Shown piece by piece: positions 36,103 through 44,668 of a stretch of 64,000 nucleotides of DNA. The DNA comes from an uncultured virus (IMG/VR IMGVR_UViG_3300047157_000140). Its lineage: Duplodnaviria; Heunggongvirae; Uroviricota; Caudoviricetes; Crassvirales. The stretch lies in IMG/VR virus record IMGVR_UViG_3300047157_000140. One strand, written 5' to 3'. The notes beneath the pieces were generated by a model that ran no database searches, was not told the DNA's origin, and saw only the letters and a program-made list of their open reading frames with translations. How positions within the stretch are numbered: position 1 is the first letter of the stretch; each line of letters starts with the position of its first letter. The position numbers were made by a program, and so were the translations under genes.

Positions 36103-37109
36103 TATTTATCGTATTGTCCAGCAGCGTTAGGTTTTCTGTATTTAACAGAAGCTTGAATCCTTGACGTGTAAGGTACGGCTGATGCAACTTTTTTACCAAA
36201 ACTACTATTAGGATCTATTTGATTTTTACCAGTTCCTAAATTTGGTTTTAAATCAGATAAAGCTTTTGCTGGTGATTCTTCTTCTTTATTACTTTCATTA
36301 GCGCCAGATAAGTTAGACATATATTTAGCATCTAATTGACCTCTGTCAGACAATCTAGCTTTTTTGTTATCTAAGCTTCTTTGTTTTCTTCTAGCTTTCT
36401 TGTCATTACCATCCGCTGTAGCTTGATCGATTTTAGCTTGCTTTTTATCAATAGATCTACTTTTTCTATCTATTTTGTTTTTGTCTTTTTGAACACTAAC
36501 AGCGCTAGGCTTTGTAGATGGAGGTGTTGCATTTACTTTTACGTCAGCAGTAGGAGTTGAGTTTGATTTAACTATAGGTTTAGATTTTATTTCAGAAACA
36601 GATTTGTTACCACCTTTAATAGTAGTGGTATCATCTTGCTTCCAACCTCTTTTAGTATACTCATCACGTCTAGCTTGACTGTTTAAAGCAAAGTCCTTCA
36701 TATTGGTGTTATATTTTTTGCCACCAGTAGTAGGTACTTTTGGACCAGTTTCACCCATTTTTGTTTTGCTATCACTACCACTAGATCCAAACATAGATCC
36801 AATACCAGCGCCAAGACTTACGTTACCAACAAAGTTTAACGCTTTACTAGCAAAAGATTTTTTTGGCACATACTCAATTGCTTTTTTTAAACCTTGCCCA
36901 AGCAATTTTTTACCCCCTTGCTTTATAGCTTGCCCTACAGCTGTTCTACCAACTGCAGCTAAACCTGCTCTAGCTATTACAGCGGGTAGTATTTTAGTTG
37001 GTGCTTCTACTTCTCCCATACCACCTATTCCAGGTTGTGTTGGGGCTTGACTCGATTGTGAGTCTTTGATGTTGTGGAATAAATTTCCGGGTCTTTTGTT
37101 ATATGCCAT
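36102..37109 (-). CDS. Low-complexity basic protein with xPxK motifs
   Basis: 335 aa, Lys/Gly-rich; EAPTK and ESPAK. Confidence 0.6.
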   Translation of the reverse strand: MAYNKRPGNLFHNIKDSQSSQAPTQPGIGGMGEVEAPTKILPAVIARAGLAAVGRTAVGQAIKQGGKKLLGQGLKKAIEYVPKKSFASKALNFVGNVSLGAGIGSMFGSSGSDSKTKMGETGPKVPTTGGKKYNTNMKDFALNSQARRDEYTKRGWKQDDTTTIKGGNKSVSEIKSKPIVKSNSTPTADVKVNATPPSTKPSAVSVQKDKNKIDRKSRSIDKKQAKIDQATADGNDKKARRKQRSLDNKKARLSDRGQLDAKYMSNLSGANESNKEEESPAKALSDLKPNLGTGKNQIDPNSSFGKKVASAVPYTSRIQASVKYRKPNAAGQYDK

Positions 37110-37129
37110 GATTTTTTATTTGTATTGTT

Positions 37130-38275
37130 TTATTTATATTTTTTTAGTTTAAATGGCGCAGCTGATCTATCTCTACCATACTTTGTTGCAGAATCATCAT
37201 CTTTCCCACCACCTGTTATTCTACTTATAAATCTAGTTAACATTGTACCATCATTGTTTTTGTCATTTAAAATAGTATCACCATCACCATCTCCATCAAC
37301 GTTCATTAATCCGCCTAGTGGCCCAAGTGAAGCAGCTAATATACTTGCCTTAACTTTACCAGCAGCATCTTTTAAAGAGCTGTTACCAGTTTCTGTAGTT
37401 TCAGTACTTGAATCAGTAGTTCCAGCGTCAGCAGGTCCAGCACCTCCAATTGGCTTATTACTGCCACCTGATAAACTTTCAGTATAACTTGAATCGCTAG
37501 TGTCAGATCCTAAATCTATTTCAGATGTATTTCTAAGGTTTGCAATATCATCAGCAGTAGCTTCAGTTGTAGAACTTCCTTCTGTAGCAGCTGTTGCTTT
37601 TTTCATAGAAACATTGTCAGGATCATATTCAACTTTAGTTCCATCAGCTTGATTAACACCTTGCTGATTAGCCATTTGAGATCTTTTATAACCAGTCGTG
37701 TAGTCATCAATATTTTCTTGAGACTGATTTACTTTCATATTAAGTCTTTTACCTTTCTTAGTAAGATCAAACTCTTCTTTTGTCATACCACTTTTTATTG
37801 CTTTTTTCAAAGCATTGTCATATCTACCAGTTTGTCTTCTATTCTTGTTCTCGTACTTATCTTTTCTATTCTTATTAATCTTACGCTCTCTTATAAGCAT
37901 TCTAGTTTCTTGTGGGCTAAAAGAATCCATGATAGAACCATCTTTAGCGTCTTTACCATCAGAAGGAACATCTTTCATATCCATAGAACCTTTTTCTTCT
38001 CTATAGTTATTAGTTAAACCCTCTTTAGTTGGGTTTTGTGTTCCGTATTTAGTTTGATTATAACCTTTTGCTTTTTGTACTTCCGCATCAGCATCTGCTT
38101 GAGACATACCTTTAGATAATAAGTCTTTATGCATTTGTCTATAAGTATATATAGATTTTTTACCTTTTTTAATGTTTACATCTTTTAAAAGGTTTTTACC
38201 ACCCTCACTGTGGACCATTCTTTCATCTTTCTTGAATGGTGATGCGCTTCTTAGTTTAAATGGTGCTCTTGCCAT
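37130..38275 (-). CDS. Low-complexity protein with xPFK motifs
   Basis: 381 aa; RAPFK, ASPFK, AAPFK and an EF-hand-like NVDGDGDGD. Confidence 0.6.
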   Translation of the reverse strand: MARAPFKLRSASPFKKDERMVHSEGGKNLLKDVNIKKGKKSIYTYRQMHKDLLSKGMSQADADAEVQKAKGYNQTKYGTQNPTKEGLTNNYREEKGSMDMKDVPSDGKDAKDGSIMDSFSPQETRMLIRERKINKNRKDKYENKNRRQTGRYDNALKKAIKSGMTKEEFDLTKKGKRLNMKVNQSQENIDDYTTGYKRSQMANQQGVNQADGTKVEYDPDNVSMKKATAATEGSSTTEATADDIANLRNTSEIDLGSDTSDSSYTESLSGGSNKPIGGAGPADAGTTDSSTETTETGNSSLKDAAGKVKASILAASLGPLGGLMNVDGDGDGDTILNDKNNDGTMLTRFISRITGGGKDDDSATKYGRDRSAAPFKLKKYK

Positions 38276-38301
38276 AATTATTGATTTTTAATTTTTAATT
38301 T

Positions 38302-38634
38302 TTAGTTTCCAGATAGATTTTTTGTAGGTACATGTAAAGTTCCTCCGTCTCCATTGCTTTCTTCTTCCTCTTCCTCTTGCTGTTCCTCTTGAGTTTTTGG
38401 TACGCATTTATTACTAACAGGATCTTTAACGTGATTAGGTGGGCATTTACCTGGAGTTGGGCTTTTGCCAACACCTTGCTGTTCAGCTGCGTTTATACCA
38501 CCCTCTACAGCTTCTTCTATGTTTTTAGACATAATTTGAGAAGTGTCGCCTGCTCTTTCGTTTACGTAGTATTTAAAAGGTGCTCCACTACCTGATTCTC
38601 TTTGTCTTTCAATTATTGATTTTATCTTACTCAT
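38302..38634 (-). CDS. Hypothetical protein
   Basis: 110 aa; GAPFK and a CPP...KCVP motif. Confidence 0.55.
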   Translation of the reverse strand: MSKIKSIIERQRESGSGAPFKYYVNERAGDTSQIMSKNIEEAVEGGINAAEQQGVGKSPTPGKCPPNHVKDPVSNKCVPKTQEEQQEEEEEESNGDGGTLHVPTKNLSGN

Positions 38635-39002
38635 GTGTTTTTAATTTTATCACTAACATCATATGCTTCTTTTTCCCAAGCTAAAGACTCTAGTCCTTCT
38701 GACATAGTTTCTCTACTAAAAGTTTTCATATGAGATCTTGTTGTTGGTTTCCAAGTTACCTCGTTTTTATTATAACTTAATCTTCCAGATGCCATTTGAT
38801 CTAAGTGCACATCTTCATGTGCTATCACTTCTTCTTTCATTTCATCAGGAACAGATGGATCCATGAATATAGTACCATCTCTATTAGCTTCGGCTTTTAT
38901 ACCACCTTCTAGCTCTTTATATATAACAGGTCTACTATGCGTAGACATTTCTTCATCTATGCCAAATAGCACGCTTTTATTTTTAGGTAGCTTAAATCCC
39001 AT
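38631..39002 (-). CDS. Small zincin-type metallopeptidase
   Basis: EVIAHEDVHLDQ (HExxH) with downstream WEKEA as a possible third ligand. Confidence 0.7.
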   Translation of the reverse strand: MGFKLPKNKSVLFGIDEEMSTHSRPVIYKELEGGIKAEANRDGTIFMDPSVPDEMKEEVIAHEDVHLDQMASGRLSYNKNEVTWKPTTRSHMKTFSRETMSEGLESLAWEKEAYDVSDKIKNT

Positions 39003-39175
39003 TAATCCATTACTTTGTCTACAACTTTACCAGCTACTTTACTAGCAACTGCTCCAGCCACAGCTTCAACAATTTTGTTTGGTGATCCTTCACAACCACA
39101 GTTTGGTATACCACAGCAATCACTCATCTCATTTGCCATACCTAAACCTTGAGGTCCTATTCCTTTTGTTCTCAT
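39002..39175 (-). CDS. 57-aa peptide missing from the ORF track
   Basis: MRTKGIGPQGLGMANEMSDCCGIPNCGCEGSPNKIVEAVAGAVASKVAGKVVDKVMD; fills the gap exactly with coupled start/stop. Confidence 0.65.
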   Translation of the reverse strand: MRTKGIGPQGLGMANEMSDCCGIPNCGCEGSPNKIVEAVAGAVASKVAGKVVDKVMD

Positions 39176-39177
39176 AT

Positions 39178-39618
39178 CTATCTTTCTTTATCTTTTATCA
39201 TATCATCTATAGATTTATTGTAAACCTTATCAGTGTATGATTTGTTTTTAAAAAATTTACTTCTTTCTGATGTAGGTAAATCCTCTTCAGCTAACATTAT
39301 TCTGTACATTCTAGTTATTAACTGACTGCACTTAAAAGAAGTTTTATATATAGTATATTTGATTGTAGTTCTATTTCTATGACGCCAGGGTTCTATCCAA
39401 CCATCTCTTCTTAGCCTTTCCCACCTGTTTTTATCCCAAGAGTATGTATACACTCCTTGTATAAAATCATTACGTGTAAATCGCGATTTGCAATCTAAAT
39501 ATATAAGTAATTCTAAATCTGCATCTTTTAGGCTATAAGTTTTACAGGCCCATTTTCTAATGAGCCTATAATACTTGAATAAATTTATTTCTCTTAAATT
39601 AGTTGGAGTTAGTCTCAT
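39178..39618 (-). CDS. Hypothetical protein, possibly winged-helix DNA-binding
   Basis: Likely start MRLTPTNL overlapping the groES stop; 'DADLELLIYL...RWERLRRDGWI'. Confidence 0.5.
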   Translation of the reverse strand: MRLTPTNLREINLFKYYRLIRKWACKTYSLKDADLELLIYLDCKSRFTRNDFIQGVYTYSWDKNRWERLRRDGWIEPWRHRNRTTIKYTIYKTSFKCSQLITRMYRIMLAEEDLPTSERSKFFKNKSYTDKVYNKSIDDMIKDKER

Positions 39619-39872
39619 TCTACTAATACAACATCTTGCATCTGTATAACATGATACAGTTTTTCTTTCCATCTTATACTGTGACCAGCATGTCTATCAA
39701 AGAATATAACATCTTTTTCCTTAAGTCCTTCAACTAATGTACCTGTAGACACTATATTAGCTTTAATATACCTGTTTTCAGTATCAACATTGTCTGTTAT
39801 TAAAAGTCCACCTACTTTCTTCGGCTCTACTTTATGTTTTTCAACTACTATATAATAATTAACTGCTTGCAT
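39615..39872 (-). CDS. groS: Co-chaperonin GroES-like
   Basis: 85 aa with 'KKVGGLLI' mobile loop and 'VIQMQDVV'; adjacent to GroEL. Confidence 0.8.
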   Translation of the reverse strand: MQAVNYYIVVEKHKVEPKKVGGLLITDNVDTENRYIKANIVSTGTLVEGLKEKDVIFFDRHAGHSIRWKEKLYHVIQMQDVVLVE

Positions 39873-41051
39873 TGCTTATTCTTACGTTACTTATTACACA
39901 ATCTGCTGATATTATAGTTAAAACTACCGATATAGCGTTTTTTAGAGCTGATTTTGTCACTAAAACTGGATCTATTATACCAGTTTGTATCATATTCTTA
40001 ATACAACCGCAAGTTACATCAATTCCTTCGCCATCTTTTAGCTTTTTATGCGATATATCTTCCAAACCTGCGTTACTTAATATAGTATAGAATGGAGATT
40101 CAACCGCTTTTGCCAATATTTGTTCACCTTCACCTTCAAATGGTGTGTTTTTTACAGCATTTAACAAAGCCACGCCACCACCCGGGACTATTCCTTCTTT
40201 CAAGGCGGCCTTAACAGCGTAAATTGAATCTTCTATTCTATCTTTTTTCTCTTTAAGCTCTATTTTAGAGTCAGCACCAACTTTTACAACAGCTACAGAG
40301 CCGTTTAACATAGCTAATCTTTGTTCTAGTCTACGTTTTAAGTACTGATTAGTCTCTTTTTTAATACTTTTCTTTACATCTTTAACTCTTTGCGATATTT
40401 TAGCGTCCATACCTTCTATAGTAAGAACAGTTACCTTATCTTCAGTTACAGCCGTTGAAGCTTCACCTAAAACATCAGGTTGTATTAGATCTAAATCATC
40501 TCCTAGCTCTTCATTTATAACTGTTGCTCCAGTTAATAAAGCTAAATCCTCTATTGTATCAGCTTTTGTTGGGCCAAATCCAGGGGGATCGATGACATCT
40601 TTTAGCATGCTACCTTTACGTCTATAGCTGTATCTGTTAAGTATGTATTTACCTTTTCTAAGTGCTGAATTTATACCTTGCTTAATAAATCTAGTAGAAA
40701 GCTCTGCATATTGTTCTTTTTGTACTTCTTTAATCAGTGCTTCAGCAAGGACGGTAGCTGTAGTAGTACCGTCACCTGCTTCTTTCACTGTGTTTTTAGC
40801 GGCTTCTTTAATAAGAGTAGCTCCGAGGTTTTCAACCGGGTCATATAAGACAACAGATTCTGCTACTGTTACACCGTCTTTTGTAATGACCGGGTTGCCT
40901 CTAGCATCTTCGTATATTACACACTTTCCAGATGCTCCTAGAGTAGACTTCACTGCTTTCGCTAATTTGTCTACACCCGCAATTATTTTACTTTTAGCTT
41001 CATCACCAAAGTTTAACTCTTTGACAACTCGCTGGGTTGGTTATATTCCAT
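39859..41051 (-). CDS. groL: Chaperonin GroEL-like with an internal deletion and indels
   Basis: VKSTLG, ITKDGVTVA, AGDGTTTATVLA, PGFG, EGIVPGGG and GIIDP motifs; only ~397 codons. Confidence 0.85.
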
Positions 41052-41078
41052 TTAATTAAATTTAATTTGATTTATACT

Positions 41079-41239
41079 ATTCGAATGTTTTGACTACTTT
41101 AGGACCTTGCTGATGCTTCTAGCTTTTTAGCAAAGTGATCGATGCTTCCATCAATTGCTGCTTCAGCGCCTTCAATAGTTTCTCCTTTTAACGCAGTAGG
41201 TGATAATCCTTGGGAGTTACCCGGTTCTTTTGTAGCCAT
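41079..41239 (-). CDS. Small hypothetical ORF, first gene of the late strand (frameshifted)
   Basis: MATKEPGNSQGLSPTALKGETIEGAEAAIDGSIDHFAKKLEA...GPKVVKTFE. Confidence 0.45.
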
Positions 41240-41275
41240 ATCACTATAATCACATAATATTCTTGTTTTTTAAAG

Positions 41276-41322
41276 TGTGACAATAGGCACTTACTTATAT
41301 ACTATTATAGGCTAGTGTCACA
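41276..41322. promoter_or_regulatory. Inverted-repeat site TGTGACA-N33-TGTCACA (copy 1)
   Basis: Perfect 7-bp arms around a 33-bp AT-rich spacer; the same geometry recurs at 48438-48484. Confidence 0.75.
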
Positions 41323-41525
41323 AAAAAAAATTGTAACAAATTTAGAGGTATAGTGCTACCCCCTATCCCCCTGATAATCAATCAATTACGAAACGCATTT
41401 TAATTTACCGGGCCCCACCTGTTTTCCTACGCCCACCCCCTCGACCCCGTCTCACCATGCACTGACTAACTAACACATTTAATTATATTTCTGTATATTG
41501 TTTCACATTTTCACTCGCATATGTA

Positions 41526-41610
41526 TGACACAATGACATGACACATTGACACATGACAATATAATAATGAAGTATGACATCTTGACATAGTGCGGCATGA
41601 CATAATGACA
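41526..41610 (+). repeat. Nine direct TGACA repeats (iteron-like)
   Basis: TGACA at 41526, 41534, 41539, 41547, 41554, 41575, 41583, 41598, 41606; four pairs read TGACA-N3-TGACA. Confidence 0.85.
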
Positions 41611-41639
41611 TATTCTATTACTAAACAAATAGTATACTT

Positions 41640-41672
41640 TTACAAACGTAATACGATACTAAATGGATAATA
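41640..41672 (+). promoter_or_regulatory. Early promoter-like motif copy 1 (TTACAAA-N3-AATACG-N8-TGGATAATA)
   Basis: One of six copies with invariant blocks and spacing, upstream of plus-strand ORFs. Confidence 0.8.
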
Positions 41673-41722
41673 TAAATGTAACAAATAAATAATAATAATA
41701 ATAACTAAATAATCTTACAACT

Positions 41723-41950
41723 ATGAGTAACTTAATTTCAAAAAGATTCGTCATCAGACAATCACTAATCGGTAAAAATCAAACAATCACTGTCAACTTC
41801 AAAAATGGTAAAACAGTCACTTACAATCACGATAAAGTGTATGAAGTAATGAAAGACAAACTACTATCAATGAACTGTTTCAACAAGTACAAGTCTTACA
41901 CTTCTTCAACTAGTGTTCCAGTAATTGCTAGAACAGTAATATCTGAGTAG
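41723..41950 (+). CDS. Early hypothetical protein
   Basis: 75-aa ORF after motif copy 1, A-rich leader. Confidence 0.65.
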   Translation: MSNLISKRFVIRQSLIGKNQTITVNFKNGKTVTYNHDKVYEVMKDKLLSMNCFNKYKSYTSSTSVPVIARTVISE

Positions 41951-42006
41951 TATTACAACTGTGAGTTCCACTTGTTTCTAACAGTATAAATTGCGAATGA
42001 GTAAAA

Positions 42007-42046
42007 TGTAGTAATGGTTTATGTGAGTTCGATTCTCACACTACAA
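42007..42046 (+). ncRNA. tRNA-minihelix-like element (acceptor-like stem plus T-arm)
   Basis: TGTAGT-N10-GTGAG TTCGATT CTCAC-ACTACA-A. Confidence 0.5.
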
Positions 42047-42066
42047 CTAATAATAAATAAATAACT

Positions 42067-42267
42067 ATGTCAAATTTTAAATTCAGAGGATTTATTCCCG
42101 CAGTGACTAAATATGTAAAGTCAAAACCAGTAGTAGAAGTAATAGCAGAAGTAATAGCTTTTGGTGTATTAATGCCACTAGCAGTATCAGGTATACTATT
42201 TATGATAGTAGGTTTATTAACAGGTGAGATAGATCCTACTCATGCTAACTTTGGAATATATAACTAA
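42067..42267 (+). CDS. Early small membrane protein
   Basis: 66 aa with a long hydrophobic segment. Confidence 0.6.
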   Translation: MSNFKFRGFIPAVTKYVKSKPVVEVIAEVIAFGVLMPLAVSGILFMIVGLLTGEIDPTHANFGIYN

Positions 42268-42347
42268 TGGAAGATTTCATAACTATGTATAAATCAGGTG
42301 AAATATCACTTGAAACATTACTCGAATTACTTGGTGGTTACATATAA

Positions 42348-42380
42348 TTACAAATCAAATACGATCACTAATGGATAATA
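42348..42380 (+). promoter_or_regulatory. Early promoter-like motif copy 2
   Basis: TTACAAA tca AATACG atcactaa TGGATAATA. Confidence 0.8.
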
Positions 42381-42405
42381 ATAATAACTAATAAATAATA
42401 ATAAT

Positions 42406-42543
42406 ATGCAGTGGATTTTAACTTGCGATAATGGTAAAGAAATAGATATGTCTTACTATATCGGTCAGCAAATGGAAAATAAAATAACTAGACAAGATGT
42501 TCTTGACAGAATAGAGTTCTATAAATTAACTAATAAAAAATAA
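42406..42543 (+). CDS. Early small hypothetical protein
   Basis: MQWILTCDNGKEIDMSYYIGQQMENKITRQDVLDRIEFYKLTNKK, A-rich leader. Confidence 0.5.
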   Translation: MQWILTCDNGKEIDMSYYIGQQMENKITRQDVLDRIEFYKLTNKK

Positions 42544-42670
42544 TAATATGTATAATCAATCAGCCTTAATTAGAATAGCAGCGAAACTATTCCCAGAAAA
42601 AAATGTGTTTAACCTTACTAGAAAAGAACAGTCAGAAGTTCTAAAAGTATATGACAAATTCGGTTACTAA

Positions 42671-42875
42671 TATGAAAGTATTTAAAGATTACCCTCAAGA
42701 ACAGATCGACGCTAAACTTAGACAAGTCGAAAAGTTCGAAGCAAAGTACGGTACTAATAATACTGTAAGTAAAGCTTGGCGCAAATGGTGTACTAACCAC
42801 GAATATCGCCAAAGAGAATGGCAGTTTAGACAAAGTGTCGCTGCAAGTATTAAACCTAATGTAGACTACAGATGA
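42671..42875 (+). CDS. Early hypothetical protein
   Basis: Likely start MKVFKDYPQ within track ORF 42651..42875. Confidence 0.55.
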
Positions 42876-43052
42876 TAGAATTATTAACAGGTGGATTATA
42901 TATAACTATACTAGTCCTAATATATAACAGTCAAGAATGAAAAGAAAACACTCACATAAAAAGATACTAACTATATCTCGAGCTCAAATAGAAGCAATAG
43001 AAAGACAGTATTGGACAAAGTATAATAATAGTAGACTAGAATCTATGTTAAT

Positions 43053-43085
43053 TTACAAACCTAATACGAATACTAATGGATAATA
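43053..43085 (+). promoter_or_regulatory. Early promoter-like motif copy 3
   Basis: TTACAAA cct AATACG aatactaa TGGATAATA. Confidence 0.8.
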
Positions 43086-43263
43086 TAATAAATATATAAT
43101 ATGAAATCAATTAAATTCGTCAACTCGACAACTATCAGACTAAACAATATGACCTACAAAGGTTATAGTGTTAGCAATTTACCTAAAAAGTTTGCCTTTA
43201 TATACGATGAAGACAAAGAACAAGACGGTATCACTTCATGGTTTAACTACAAAGGTCTTACTT

Positions 43264-43518
43264 ATGTATCCTAGTAATATGAAAGAACTGTGTGAGTACT
43301 CTGAAAACAAGAGAAAACTACAAGGTAGAGAGCACAGACGCAAGCATTCACATCACACTATGTACTCAGGTTTAACTGATAACGAGTGGAATAGAGTTAA
43401 AACAGGTCAAAAAGCTACATTTTCTAAAGCTAGAAAGTTTACACACAACAAAATGTGGCGTGATACACATAAGAAATTTGACAATAGCCAACTAATACTA
43501 ATTAAAAAAACATTATGA
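43264..43518 (+). CDS. Early basic hypothetical protein
   Basis: 3' part of track ORF 43168..43518 (MYPSNMKELC...). Confidence 0.5.
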   Translation: MYPSNMKELCEYSENKRKLQGREHRRKHSHHTMYSGLTDNEWNRVKTGQKATFSKARKFTHNKMWRDTHKKFDNSQLILIKKTL

Positions 43519-43790
43519 AATTAATTAAAATAACAAAGCAAGGATCTCTTCATTTTAGATTAAGTGACGGTAGGTTAGGAGCGTGCTACGAGAGTGGATA
43601 CGTAAGAGTTCAAACTAAAGGTAGAAATATGTATCATGGTGAGTTTACTATGTATCAAATTAACAAACTAATAAAGTTAAAACCAAGAACAAAAGGTGAT
43701 TACTTTCCAATATATGAAAGAAAACTAATAAATAACTGTGTAGATAGAATACAATGTTTACTAAACTTTAACAATAAAAACTGTATATAA
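43515..43790 (+). CDS. Early hypothetical protein
   Basis: 91-aa ORF with ATGA-coupled start. Confidence 0.6.
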   Translation: MKLIKITKQGSLHFRLSDGRLGACYESGYVRVQTKGRNMYHGEFTMYQINKLIKLKPRTKGDYFPIYERKLINNCVDRIQCLLNFNNKNCI

Positions 43791-43954
43791 TGAGTAAAAT
43801 GAAAGAATTAGATACGATAGCACAAGGTGTAGCGGATCACATGATAGAAATAATAGAAGATAGCGTAGATTGGCAAATGTCTGAAGTAGAACTTGAAGGT
43901 GATGCTTACAATGAGGCTAAGCAATATGTAATCAACGTAGCGTTAAATAAATTA

Positions 43955-43987
43955 TTACAAACGTAATACGAATGAGTTTGGATAATA
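43955..43987 (+). promoter_or_regulatory. Early promoter-like motif copy 4
   Basis: TTACAAA cgt AATACG aatgagtt TGGATAATA. Confidence 0.8.
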
Positions 43988-44013
43988 TAAATGTAACAAA
44001 TAAACAAATAACT

Positions 44014-44202
44014 ATGTATTGTAAATGTGGAGATAAAGTACACCCTGTAAGATTAAGCTTAGGTTATAAAACATGTATGCCTTGTAGCACAACACAAACA
44101 TACTCTTACGTACCTATTATCGAGCATAAAACAGGTAATACAATACAAATTGTAAGTCAAGAAGTAAGTGCATCAGTGCACAGAGCTTGGCGCAGAAAAT
44201 AG
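44014..44202 (+). CDS. Small zinc-finger protein (DksA/TraR C4-like)
   Basis: MYCKCGDKVHPVRLSLGYKTCMPCS. Confidence 0.6.
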   Translation: MYCKCGDKVHPVRLSLGYKTCMPCSTTQTYSYVPIIEHKTGNTIQIVSQEVSASVHRAWRRK

Positions 44203-44293
44203 CTAGACGAGTAGCTTAATTAGACAAGTTTGAAGCTAACCATGAAAAATAGGTTATATGATGTATTCTTGTACATAAGTGAATAGCTAGCAA

Positions 44294-44371
44294 TCGAGGC
44301 GGCGGCATACTGGTCAAAAGCGCGGATAAAGCATAATACTAGTTAGTACCGGTCCGCGACTGGTGCCTCGA
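44294..44371 (+). ncRNA. Unidentified structured RNA, array unit B
   Basis: GC-rich 78 nt closed by TCGAGGC/GCCTCGA; internal CGCGGA/TCCGCG. Confidence 0.5.
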
Positions 44372-44374
44372 AAA

Positions 44375-44482
44375 GGGAGTGATAAGGTAAGACTATTAAA
44401 CTACTTGCACCTAATATTAACAATGTTAAAGGTACAAAGCAGATGTTAAATAGTAACGGCGGTTCGATTCCGCCCACTTCCA
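44375..44482 (+). ncRNA. tmRNA-like mini-RNA: alanyl tRNA-like domain without an mRNA-like domain
   Basis: Acceptor GGGAGTG/CACTTCC with G3.U70 and A73; stemless D-loop ATAAGGTAAGA(C); helix ACTATT/AATAGT; AAC linker; T-arm GGCGG-TTCGATT-CCGCC. Confidence 0.75.
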
Positions 44483-44487
44483 CTAAC

Positions 44488-44575
44488 AGAGAGATGGCAG
44501 ATATGCAGAGATATACTTGTCAACAAAACAACGGCGGGTTTACGTAAGCGAAGTACTTCGTTGGCACATCTCTCT
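44488..44575 (+). ncRNA. Unidentified structured RNA, array unit D
   Basis: 88 nt closed by the 9-bp stem AGAGAGATG/CATCTCTCT. Confidence 0.5.
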
Positions 44576-44583
44576 TAATATAA

Positions 44584-44662
44584 TACCGGCTTAACAGTAA
44601 ATCAACGTCTCGGCTTCCTTGAGGTATCAGTTGTACAAAGCCAGTTGTAGTGACAGCCGGTA
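44584..44662 (+). ncRNA. Unidentified structured RNA, array unit E
   Basis: 79 nt closed by the 8-bp stem TACCGGCT/AGCCGGTA; internal GGCTT/AAGCC. Confidence 0.5.
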
Positions 44663-44668
44663 ACTTAT

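Noticed and set aside
44200..44289. Hammerhead ribozyme (CTAGACGAG...GAA)
   Set aside because: The core does not match CUGANGA/GAAA and the stems are not arranged as required
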